A DNA stretch of 64,000 nt from Patescibacteria group bacterium (GTDB lineage Bacteria > Patescibacteriota > Patescibacteriia > Patescibacteriales > UBA12465): NCBI GenBank assembly GCA_041651095.1, contig JBAZJV010000004.1, positions 7,735-71,734 of the forward strand. Direction: 5' to 3'. Positions 8,549 through 17,105 of the stretch are shown piece by piece. A program made the translations under genes and the position numbers. Within the stretch, counting starts at the first letter, position 1, and each line of letters starts with the position of its first letter. Below the pieces are notes generated by a model. That model did no database searches, was not told where the DNA came from, and saw only the letters and a program-made list of their open reading frames with translations.

Positions 8549-8577
8549 TTGACAACAATCAACTTATATGATATAGT
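8549..8577 (+). promoter_or_regulatory. near-consensus sigma70 promoter TTGACA-N17-TATAGT for the 8637 gene, divergent from and back-to-back with the peptide promoter
   Basis: hexamers read directly; GGAGG SD before the GTG start. Confidence 0.45.
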
Positions 8578-8636
8578 AACCAGTTACTCATGTTCTTAAA
8601 AAATTAAATAACAATAAACAAAAAACGGAGGAACCC

Positions 8637-9824
8637 GTGAAAATATTATTAGCTTTCGTTAAAGTGGCGGTGGTTTTCCTGTTTATCTGGAACACCGGCA
8701 TTTTCTCTTATTTGACGCGGGGCATCTCTAAACAGGAAGTTTATGACCCCGCAACTACTCAAAAAATCCGGACTTTCTGTGTCCAACGGTATCAGGCGGC
8801 CAAAGCTCAGATAGATGCCGGCGGTACTTACTCGCTAGCTGAATACTTCACTGATCTGTCAGCCATCAAGAAACTACAGGACAGCCTGCATTGCCATGGC
8901 GGCTTCAATTGCGGCTATGGCGGTATTAATGAGTTGTGGGCGCTGTCCTTTGCTCAAAGCAAAGATCTCAGCCGGGAAGAAATCGACGCGGCTAGAGAAA
9001 AGTACCTGACTTATCAGCCAGAATCATTAAAAAGCGATCCGGCATTTTCGTGGCTCAAGCTCTTGATGACTATTCTCCATGGACTGACGACCTTGTATCT
9101 TAAGAATCTTCCCTGGGCGCTCTTAATGATGTTAATTTGGCTTAAAGAAGAAAACGCGGAACAAAACAAGCAGCTCCGTTTGAGAAGTCCACTAAGTTTC
9201 TTGATTAGCCTGATTCTCTACCCCATATTTTTCACCGTCGTCTTCATCCAAAAGTTCAAAAGTATCGGGCGCGGTTTTCTGGCAGCGGCGAGCATCCAGC
9301 AGACCAAAGAGAAATTCTTCAGCCTGTTGTCGCCGGATGAACTAACAGCGATCAGGCAATTTGCCAAAAGCAATATCAAGTTGCAGACTTTCCGGCAGAG
9401 TTTAGTCGCGGAAGGCTTAGTAAGCAGACGATCATTCGCTCTGGCTTCCCTATCACTAATCTTGTGCCTGTTTATCATTAATAATAGCCAGGCGAGCCAA
9501 AACACAAAAATTCCGACCAAAGCCCCGACCATTACCGTACTTGATGTCGGAAGCGGCAACTTAGACAAGCCGCCGAATCTTAATGATGAGGTACCAGCTC
9601 AAAGTTTTGCTGTTTTAACGGCAACGCCGCAGTACTTTGTTAAAGAAATTGGTAGAATCTATGAACAGAGGATAATGTCTCTGTCAACGCGAATACGAAA
9701 AATAGAACATATTCCTATACTCCGGTTAGTAAACCAGTCAATCAACTATTTACTAACCAAAAAGGGAAAGGAAAATGAAAACTATTATTTCAATATTGAT
9801 AGCATTAGCTATATTTACCAGTAA
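8637..9824 (+). CDS. hypothetical polytopic membrane protein (395 aa), low-GC
   Basis: multiple TM helices, GTG start with SD; no known domain. Confidence 0.5.
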   Translation: MKILLAFVKVAVVFLFIWNTGIFSYLTRGISKQEVYDPATTQKIRTFCVQRYQAAKAQIDAGGTYSLAEYFTDLSAIKKLQDSLHCHGGFNCGYGGINELWALSFAQSKDLSREEIDAAREKYLTYQPESLKSDPAFSWLKLLMTILHGLTTLYLKNLPWALLMMLIWLKEENAEQNKQLRLRSPLSFLISLILYPIFFTVVFIQKFKSIGRGFLAAASIQQTKEKFFSLLSPDELTAIRQFAKSNIKLQTFRQSLVAEGLVSRRSFALASLSLILCLFIINNSQASQNTKIPTKAPTITVLDVGSGNLDKPPNLNDEVPAQSFAVLTATPQYFVKEIGRIYEQRIMSLSTRIRKIEHIPILRLVNQSINYLLTKKGKENENYYFNIDSISYIYQ

Positions 9825-10614
9825 CTCTCTAGCACAAACTGATTCCGCCATCACCGCCAGCAAATATTTAGGCGTCTTATATACCGGTACCTACGATCAG
9901 GACACCAACCTCAAGAATAATGTCAGCCTCAGGCTGGGAAGCGACGCGGTCCTGCCGATAATGGATCAATTGAACCTGAACGTCAGGGGCGGCTACGAAA
10001 CCGGAACGGGCGGCAATTCAGCCTTCGGCAAATTCTATCTGGAATGGTCACCGGAATTTCTGAAATGCTATTTAGGCTACGCTCCCAGACCGATTACCCT
10101 GGTTTTCAAGCCAGCGCCGCTTAGCGCCGACGGACAGCTAGGGCGTTCCGCTTTAAAGCCTATCCCTGGATCCAATCTAGGCGCCTATGCAGCCAAAGAG
10201 ATCATTCCCGGGAAATTAAGCCTGATGGCCGGTTCATATTTCCTGGCACCGTCTAAATCAGTAGAATGGGACGGGTCAATAAAGTACAAGCCGGGAGCCA
10301 TAGAATTCCTATTGAGCGGCTATACCAGCCGAATCAATAGAGGCTTGGCCGTTGGATTCAAAACCGCGGCAATCTCGGTAACCGGGTTCACGACCAGTGA
10401 TTCGCTCTGGACGGCTTGGCTCAATGTCAAGACCAAGGTGCTCAATCCTTATGTCAGCATCACTTATAACCGCAACCGACATAAGTATGGGCAGATAGAA
10501 CTGGGCTGGGATAAGATCTTTTCCCTGCCCTACGGTGGAGCCAAGGTAAGAGCGGGTATGAGCTATGAATGTCAAGCTAAACTCCTTAATACTTTTGTAC
10601 AAATGTTCTTATAA
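9775..10614 (+). CDS. hypothetical secreted beta-rich protein (signal peptide, C-terminal ...VQMFL)
   Basis: N-terminal signal peptide MKTIISILIALAIFTSNSLA; alternating amphipathic pattern; 50-nt overlap with upstream gene. Confidence 0.5.
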   Translation: MKTIISILIALAIFTSNSLAQTDSAITASKYLGVLYTGTYDQDTNLKNNVSLRLGSDAVLPIMDQLNLNVRGGYETGTGGNSAFGKFYLEWSPEFLKCYLGYAPRPITLVFKPAPLSADGQLGRSALKPIPGSNLGAYAAKEIIPGKLSLMAGSYFLAPSKSVEWDGSIKYKPGAIEFLLSGYTSRINRGLAVGFKTAAISVTGFTTSDSLWTAWLNVKTKVLNPYVSITYNRNRHKYGQIELGWDKIFSLPYGGAKVRAGMSYECQAKLLNTFVQMFL

Positions 10615-10617
10615 ACC

Positions 10618-10655
10618 AAAGGCGTTCCCAAAAATCGGAACGCCTTTTTTATTTC
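10618..10655. terminator. bidirectional rho-independent terminator (AAAGGCGTTCC...GGAACGCCTTT)
   Basis: 11-bp perfect stem flanked by A-run and T-run. Confidence 0.55.
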
Positions 10656-10696
10656 TTCCAAGTTATCCTCTGGCCGAGCAGCCGGACCAGGTCCGA

Positions 10697-11638
10697 CTAC
10701 CTGTTGACGATAAATTCCACTAGGGCGAAAATCAGCCAGAAAGCCAGGAGGCCGCCCGCCTCCCGCCGGCTGATCGTCCGGCCGGAGCGCATGAAGCGGA
10801 ACAGGACGAACGAAGCGACCACCATGAACAGGCCGGTAACATAAATGATCTTCGGCGGGAAATAGAAAGGATTGATCAGGGCCAGCAGGCCGACCACGAT
10901 GGTAGCGTCCGCCAGCACGGTCCCCAGGATGTCTCCGACCGCCAGCGAATCATCCCGCTTCCTGACGGATTTCAGGGAAAAGAAAAACTCCGGCATGGTC
11001 GTACCCAGGCCGACTACCAGCATGCCGATCAGGATCGGGCTGATGCTGAAGTAATTGGCGATAAAAGTAGCGGAAACGACTGTAAAATGGGCGCCGATGA
11101 GCAGGACAGCCATGCTGAACAGGAGCAGCCAGAAATTTTTCCCGCGGCTTCCGTCGCCGTCTAAAGGCACGGTGCCGTCCGTTCCCTCTCTTAGCGCCAG
11201 ATAATAGAAAATGCCGCCGGCCAGAATAAGCACCAAGCCCTCCAGACGGGAAAAATGGCCGTTGAAGCCGAGTATCAGGGGCAGCAATAGGATGAGCGGA
11301 TAAACGACATGGTTCTTCAGGATCTTGCTTTCGATTTTCAAGCCCCGGCCGGCCAGCAGGATGATGACGGCAAAAACCAGGGTCAGATCCGCGATATTGG
11401 ATCCGAACAGCATGCCTAGACCGAATGAGGGAATGCCTTTAACGGCGGCGTTCAAGGAAATGAAGGTTTCCGGCAGAATGGAAATCACCGCGACGATGAT
11501 GAAGCCGACCGTGTATTTAGACAGCCGGTAGCTTTCGGCCAGCCGCGCGGCATAGCGCGTGGCTAAAGTTGCGCCCTTGATTACCAGGAAGAGCGCGAGG
11601 GCAAAAATGAATAAATTATTGAGCAAGGTCTGAGCCAT
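10697..11638 (-). CDS. Ca2+/cation antiporter (CaCA/YrbG-type sodium/calcium exchanger) membrane protein
   Basis: two alpha-repeat motifs GSNIADLTLV and GTTMPEFFFS, 10 TM. Confidence 0.6.
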   Translation of the reverse strand: MAQTLLNNLFIFALALFLVIKGATLATRYAARLAESYRLSKYTVGFIIVAVISILPETFISLNAAVKGIPSFGLGMLFGSNIADLTLVFAVIILLAGRGLKIESKILKNHVVYPLILLLPLILGFNGHFSRLEGLVLILAGGIFYYLALREGTDGTVPLDGDGSRGKNFWLLLFSMAVLLIGAHFTVVSATFIANYFSISPILIGMLVVGLGTTMPEFFFSLKSVRKRDDSLAVGDILGTVLADATIVVGLLALINPFYFPPKIIYVTGLFMVVASFVLFRFMRSGRTISRREAGGLLAFWLIFALVEFIVNR

Positions 11639-11714
11639 ATATATGCGTCTATTTTAACAAAAATACCCATTTTGGCAAAATTCGCTTCCTGGGGGCAGAC
11701 TTTTGCCTCAGACA

Positions 11715-11750
11715 AAATAAAAAATGGCCGCCTTGAATGGGCAGCCATTA
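11715..11750 (-). terminator. rho-independent terminator after the 11763-12551 gene
   Basis: minus strand ATGGCTGCC...GGCGGCCAT then TTTTTTATTTT. Confidence 0.4.
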
Positions 11751-11762
11751 ATTTCTAAGAAC

Positions 11763-12551
11763 TTAGGCCAGAGCCAGTAAAACACAGAATAGAGCGACGG
11801 TAATCACCGTCTCGCTCCGACTGGCCTGCTTACGGTAAATCAGATGCCAGGCGGTCAAAATAAAGAGGATGACGGCAATGGCGACCATAGATTGTTGGAA
11901 TAAATTGCCGGTGAATCTTAGTAAAGACAGCATCATCGCTCCCACGATCAGTAGCAGGCTGCCAGCTATTTGAAGGACTTTATCCGTTCCCAGCACCATC
12001 GGCAAGGTCACCCGTCGGCCGTTATTGGCAATGATGTCTTTGACGTCCTTAATCATCTCCCGCGAGAGATGGGCTAGGGCGGCGATAGCCAGCGCCCAAG
12101 GAACCAAAGGATGGGTAAAACTCCCCGCTTGCCAGCCAATCGCAACCGGCGTAGCGCAGACCAGGCTCATCGTCAGATTTTTCGTTAACCAATGGGATGA
12201 TAGTTTAGCTGAATAAGCGGCGACGGCAATGGTGTTGAACAACGCGATATACACGCATTGTTTGGGTAGCCACTGGACCGCGATAAAGACAGAGGCGCAA
12301 AAAATTACCAGACCGGCCAGCATCACCACCTGGGGGTCTTTGAATTTCAACCGTTCGGATTTGCGGGCATACATCCAATTCGCCCCGCCGTAATGGTAGA
12401 AACTGGCGCCGACAGTGCTAAGCGCCATGGTCAGGGCGGCAGCGAGCGACGAACGGAAATCTGCCCCGCAGGCTTGGGAAACTATCCAGGCGGCCAGACC
12501 ACCGGAAATGGGCAGGACCGGCCTGATAAGCTTATACGTAAGGTACCACAT
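11763..12551 (-). CDS. divergent UbiA-like prenyltransferase-family membrane protein
   Basis: 8 TM; second-motif-like KDVKDIIANNGRRVTLP; first NDxxD motif not evident. Confidence 0.35.
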   Translation of the reverse strand: MWYLTYKLIRPVLPISGGLAAWIVSQACGADFRSSLAAALTMALSTVGASFYHYGGANWMYARKSERLKFKDPQVVMLAGLVIFCASVFIAVQWLPKQCVYIALFNTIAVAAYSAKLSSHWLTKNLTMSLVCATPVAIGWQAGSFTHPLVPWALAIAALAHLSREMIKDVKDIIANNGRRVTLPMVLGTDKVLQIAGSLLLIVGAMMLSLLRFTGNLFQQSMVAIAVILFILTAWHLIYRKQASRSETVITVALFCVLLALA

Positions 12552-12663
12552 GGGTTACTCCTGGTTTATTTAAGAAATAATGAATTTTGATTTTAAATAA
12601 CTATTAAGACAACGAATTATTCTAGCATATACCGAAGAATCGTCAAATGGCGATGGGCTAATC

Positions 12664-13026
12664 CTAGCGCCCGCCGATCCGGCCCAGATGCGTGTCTTTG
12701 AACCCGCTCTCCAATTTCAAACCGTAACCCAGAGCCCGGTCCAGACCGATATGGCCCAGCCAAATAAGCGCTAAGCGCACGGCGGTATCTGAAGCGGCGA
12801 TCACCCCCCAGGCTAAAAGCAGGCTCGGCAGCAGGTAGCTATGCCCGATATTATAAACCAGCGCCCCGATCTTATTGTTGATGAGATAGCCGGCCATAAA
12901 GAGGTCCGCGGCCAGCAGCAAAAGCACGAACCATAGAAGATTGAACCCGAGCGCCCAATAGACAAGCGCCGAAATCAGGAATATTCCCAATCCCTCTATT
13001 CTCTCGTAACGAACGATGGTCGGCAT
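12664..13026 (-). CDS. small membrane protein (DUF4260-like)
   Basis: 3-4 TM, GHIGLDRALGYGLK motif recalled from DUF4260. Confidence 0.35.
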   Translation of the reverse strand: MPTIVRYERIEGLGIFLISALVYWALGFNLLWFVLLLLAADLFMAGYLINNKIGALVYNIGHSYLLPSLLLAWGVIAASDTAVRLALIWLGHIGLDRALGYGLKLESGFKDTHLGRIGGR

Positions 13027-13083
13027 ATATTTATTATCCGTTATTTATTATCTATTATTTCTCGGCTAGCGAAACTAGGCCCG

Positions 13084-14955
13084 CTAGTCAACAAAGTTTT
13101 CCGTTTCATCGAATTGGCCGGTAATAGAGCTGTTCCCCGCCGCCCGTTTCAGGATCACCTGCGGTTCACCGCGATAGGTTATATCAGCGTTATCGGCCGC
13201 GGCCGCTTCCAGCCTGTCCTTCACCCAGATCTCAGCGTCGGCAAAATCCCCGGCATCGACTTTCACCTGATCGGCCGCGAAGTTATAGCCGTCAAACTGG
13301 CTGTGGCCCTGCAGGCTGACTTCTAAATTCTGGGCGCTGCCCGCTAAATCGGCATCACTAAAGATATCGAGCGCTAACTTCACGGACTGAGCCGAGAGAT
13401 CGTCGGCCGAGAGGTCGGCCGAGCCGTCCATTTGGATATCCAGTTTGCCGGCCGAGCCGCTTAATCGTAATTCGCTGCCCACGCCGCTCAGGCTGGCGCT
13501 TAAATCCTGACCTAACAATTCCAGCCGGGCGCTCGCGGTTTCACCTAGACTGACATAAAGCGGCTGATCAAAGCCTTGCAGCTCGGCCGAGGAACGATTG
13601 ACGCCGACGAAGGAGTCTAGGCGGGGCATGACGATCTCGCCGCTGATCCGCCGGTCGAAGCAGAAGACGCAGATGCCCCGGTTTTCCCGCGGCCGCTGGC
13701 TTATTTGCAATTGGCCGTCCTCGATCTTGAAAGACAGGCGGCTCAGGTCCTCCGGCCGGCCGGACAGATTGATCGCGAAGGCATCCCCTTTGACCACCCG
13801 GATATCCTCCTGGCCGCTCAAATACAGCTTATTAAAATCCTGGTAGCCAAAACTCTGGCTGATTGTCTGCTGCCGGTTGATCTCTTCCACCCTGGTCTTG
13901 ACCAAAGGCAGAAAGTTAACGGCCGCGACCGTGAAAACAGCGATAGCCGCCATCCAGACGCCGATCAGAATGCCGGAACCGACCAAATTTAAAGAATTTT
14001 TCCGCCGAATAGCGGTCAGGCCCAGAGCGGATAAAAAGATAAGCGGCAGAGCGCAAACCAGATATAAAGAAATCACGCTGACGTAATAATTGGGCTGGCT
14101 GGCGATTTCTGCCAGAGGCAGATCCGAGACCAGATACGGCGAATTGATATTAAAAATCATTAAGGCCGCGGCAATGCTCAGGCCCAGGATCCCGAATAGC
14201 GAGGCGATCAGAAAGACCGTCCCGATCAGGACGCTGATTACCGGCAACAGGAAACTTCCGGACCGCTTCAGGAAGAGAAAAATCGCTTCTATGACCCGGA
14301 CCGGAAAATTCAGCACCCGGCGCAAAGTGCCGTTGCGGCGCAGCTGGCCGATCGCTTCCCGCCCCTCCGCCTCGATCAGCTTGGATTTTTCCTTTACGGC
14401 TTGCTGGATTTCCGCCAGATTGACCGGCTTGCCGCGCATCTCTAATTTTTGGGTGCTGGTGGTCGCTTTCGGCATAGCGATCCAGAAGACGATGTAAGCG
14501 AGGATGCCGAGGCCGTTCGCCAGAGTCAGGATGACGAAAACCAGACGGACAAAGACCGGATCAATGCCGAAATAGGCGGCGATGCCGGAAGCGACGCCGG
14601 CGATGATCACGTCATCCGTATCGCGGTACAAGCGGCGCCGGGCGCCCGACGTTTCGGCCACGGTTCGAGCCGGTTCAGCCGCCTCTTCTTCCGAATCGGT
14701 TATTTCCTCTACCGTCCCCATGACCCTAATGACCTCTTCCACGTCCGCCAGGGTAATGATCTGTTTCGCGTCCTTGAGCTGACGGCTGAATTTTTCCGCG
14801 ATGCTGGATTCTATGTCGGCCATAATTTCCGCTTCTTCTTCCGGCGCGACGTAATGCTGCTTGATGGAATCCAGATAGCCCTGCAAGCGCTGATAAGCCG
14901 CTTCTTCCAGGCTGAAAGCCAGGCCGCCGAGGGTGATGTTGATACTTTTTTGCAT
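13084..14955 (-). CDS. PspC-domain membrane protein with C-terminal DUF4097/DUF2807-like beta-helical (putative adhesin) domain
   Basis: PspC motif RRRLYRDTDDVIIAGVASGIAAYFGIDPVFVRLVFVILTL; repetitive LSG/DG beta-helix C-terminus. Confidence 0.65.
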   Translation of the reverse strand: MQKSINITLGGLAFSLEEAAYQRLQGYLDSIKQHYVAPEEEAEIMADIESSIAEKFSRQLKDAKQIITLADVEEVIRVMGTVEEITDSEEEAAEPARTVAETSGARRRLYRDTDDVIIAGVASGIAAYFGIDPVFVRLVFVILTLANGLGILAYIVFWIAMPKATTSTQKLEMRGKPVNLAEIQQAVKEKSKLIEAEGREAIGQLRRNGTLRRVLNFPVRVIEAIFLFLKRSGSFLLPVISVLIGTVFLIASLFGILGLSIAAALMIFNINSPYLVSDLPLAEIASQPNYYVSVISLYLVCALPLIFLSALGLTAIRRKNSLNLVGSGILIGVWMAAIAVFTVAAVNFLPLVKTRVEEINRQQTISQSFGYQDFNKLYLSGQEDIRVVKGDAFAINLSGRPEDLSRLSFKIEDGQLQISQRPRENRGICVFCFDRRISGEIVMPRLDSFVGVNRSSAELQGFDQPLYVSLGETASARLELLGQDLSASLSGVGSELRLSGSAGKLDIQMDGSADLSADDLSAQSVKLALDIFSDADLAGSAQNLEVSLQGHSQFDGYNFAADQVKVDAGDFADAEIWVKDRLEAAAADNADITYRGEPQVILKRAAGNSSITGQFDETENFVD

Positions 14956-14964
14956 ATGATCTAA

Positions 14965-15327
14965 TTATTTAAACTTCTTAACCAGCGAGTTAATCGATTT
15001 ATCCAGCGACCGCCAGGTGAGCGTCAGCTGTTTCAGGGTCTCTTTGCCCTTAGGCGTCAGAGAATAATACTTGCGCGGCGGCCCGCTCGGCGATTCTTCC
15101 CAATCATAGGACAAAAGGCTGGAGTTCTTCAGGCGGGTCAGGAGCGGATAGACCGTTCCCTCCACGACCAAGAGGTCGGCTTCCCGCAAAGCGCCCAAAA
15201 TATCCGAACAGTAGACCTTGCCCCGCGAAATAATGAGCAGGATGCAAAATTCCAAGGTGCCCTTGCGCATCTGCGCCCGGGTGTTTTCCGTATCGATTTG
15301 ATGCTGGCTAGTCATAGTTATCCACAA
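14965..15327 (-). CDS. PadR-family transcriptional regulator
   Basis: winged-helix PadR signature ...GTVYPLLTRLKNSSLL...PRKYYSLTPKG. Confidence 0.75.
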   Translation of the reverse strand: MWITMTSQHQIDTENTRAQMRKGTLEFCILLIISRGKVYCSDILGALREADLLVVEGTVYPLLTRLKNSSLLSYDWEESPSGPPRKYYSLTPKGKETLKQLTLTWRSLDKSINSLVKKFK

Positions 15328-15499
15328 CAGTTAATAAGCTATTTTTATTATAACACCTAATACTATGTAATACAAGGTAGCTGAGGAAAAATGGCCAGCG
15401 ACCGGAATCGGCCACCGGCGGCGCCCAGGCGATCCGGCTTATTTAAAAACCCCGGAATAAATTCCAGGGTTTACTGACGGGACAAATTTGAAAGACCTT

Positions 15500-15919
15500 T
15501 TAAGAGGACGGCTCGGCGTTGTTATTGGCGATCAGAGCCCAAACTTCCTCCTCATAACCTGCTTGCACCAATGCCAGATTCTTACAATGACGGGAGTAAA
15601 TCGGGGTACGGGATTCGATATACTGTTCAGGAATAGAGTCGAATTCCCTGGTGTGTCCCATCCAAATGGCGATGTTTTTACGGTCGTTGCCAAAATAAGA
15701 AGAATCAACCAGCTTCAGGATCATTCTGGACCCATGAATCTTTTTGCAATTATAAATCGCGAAATTAGTCCTTTCAATAAGTAGATCAGCCGTCACGATA
15801 TCACCAGGTTCGACATCGCTTTCCCTGGATACCAGGTGATACTTCTGGTTGTACATCTTACTGGCCAGGACATAACCGTCTCCCCGACCGTAAGTCACTT
15901 CACGAATTTCAATCATCAA
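15500..15919 (-). CDS. hypothetical protein with weak resemblance to the C-terminal half of YfcE-type metallophosphoesterases
   Basis: GHT motif in IAIWMGHTREFD; N-terminal DxHG absent; low GC. Confidence 0.25.
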   Translation of the reverse strand: MMIEIREVTYGRGDGYVLASKMYNQKYHLVSRESDVEPGDIVTADLLIERTNFAIYNCKKIHGSRMILKLVDSSYFGNDRKNIAIWMGHTREFDSIPEQYIESRTPIYSRHCKNLALVQAGYEEEVWALIANNNAEPSS

Positions 15920-16090
15920 GACCTCCGTAGTAAGTTTATCCCTCGGTTAGTTATCATTGTCTCGGCTATGAGGGACCAAGTTTGCCGATTTTTTTAAAAG
16001 AAAAGTAATAAAAAATAATACCACGAGGATATTATTTTTGTCAATTCCTTAGCGAATATAGCCTTTACTTCAAGATAAATTTGAATAACA

Positions 16091-16978
16091 TTATTTAATG
16101 ATAAGGCTTTTTAGAATCTGCTCAAAAATAGGGGCATTGTCTTCCCATTTGCTTGCTAAGCTATTAAAATTAAAAATCCAAATATCGTCGCCGCGGCCTG
16201 TTACGGCCACGGTCAAGATTTTAAAGTCCGCATTATTTTGCCTGACATAGGCTTCTGTCGCCAAGGCCGCCTGGCCGTTTATGGTCACGCTATTTTCGTT
16301 ATCAAACACGATGCCGGCCACGGATTTCTTTATCTCGTTTTTCAAGTTGTCAAAATATTCATTCAATGTGCCGCCTGATACCTTATCCCGGCCGACTGAT
16401 AAATACGTTCTGAAATCATTGAACGGCGCTTCGTTGATATTGATATAAATTGACTGCCCGTCTCCCGCTGTAGCCGCCTGCCAACCCGCCGGCAAAGTCA
16501 GACTATAATCTGAAGTCTTTATTTCCATCGGTTTATCCGTCTGCTGATCCGCCCCTGTCTGTGGCTGCCCACCGAGCTCTTTTTTATAGACAGCCACGAT
16601 CTGATCACAAGAGACGTCGGAAATACGATCTCGGCGATTAAATTGGATCACTTTGTAGACCAAACCCTGGGACGAATCTTCAATTTTATCTATCGCCCCC
16701 AATCTGATAACGCCGCCACTTTTAAAAGCGATGATTTGATTGATTGCTAGGTCATCTAAAACAAAACATTTATCAAAGATAACGGTCTGCCCGCTCTTGA
16801 AATTCGGCTCCATTGAATCGCCCGCGACTCTGAGAGGATAGGAACAGGCCAAGGTCGACACCTTATTATCATCCCCCAAGATACCCATAATATACCTAGC
16901 GGGCATGAAACGAAAAGCCAAGAACAATAAAACCAGCAAGGCGATGATAATTGATAAGATGACATAGACCTTTTTCAT
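16091..16978 (-). CDS. membrane-anchored signal peptidase I (S26)-like domain protein with extra C-terminal domain
   Basis: box B AGDSMEPNF, degenerate boxes C-E (GQTVIFD, VYKV, FNRRDRISDVS); N-terminal TM. Confidence 0.4.
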   Translation of the reverse strand: MKKVYVILSIIIALLVLLFLAFRFMPARYIMGILGDDNKVSTLACSYPLRVAGDSMEPNFKSGQTVIFDKCFVLDDLAINQIIAFKSGGVIRLGAIDKIEDSSQGLVYKVIQFNRRDRISDVSCDQIVAVYKKELGGQPQTGADQQTDKPMEIKTSDYSLTLPAGWQAATAGDGQSIYININEAPFNDFRTYLSVGRDKVSGGTLNEYFDNLKNEIKKSVAGIVFDNENSVTINGQAALATEAYVRQNNADFKILTVAVTGRGDDIWIFNFNSLASKWEDNAPIFEQILKSLIIK

Positions 16979-17071
16979 ATAGTTGATTTTATGAATAAAT
17001 GTCTCTTTATATTATATCAAAAAAACCATTAAAATAAAAAAATAGCAAAATAATATTCTTCTTAAGTAAAA

Positions 17072-17100
17072 GAAAAAACGAGTTCTTCACTCGCTTTTTC
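17072..17100 (-). terminator. rho-independent terminator immediately 3' of tRNA-Asn
   Basis: minus strand AAAAAGCGAGTGAAGAACTCGTTTTTTCTTTT. Confidence 0.4.
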
Positions 17101-17105
17101 TAGAG

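Noticed and set aside
15488-15784. 98-aa plus-strand ORF
   Set aside because: It overlaps the better-supported minus-strand 139-aa gene entirely and has no features.
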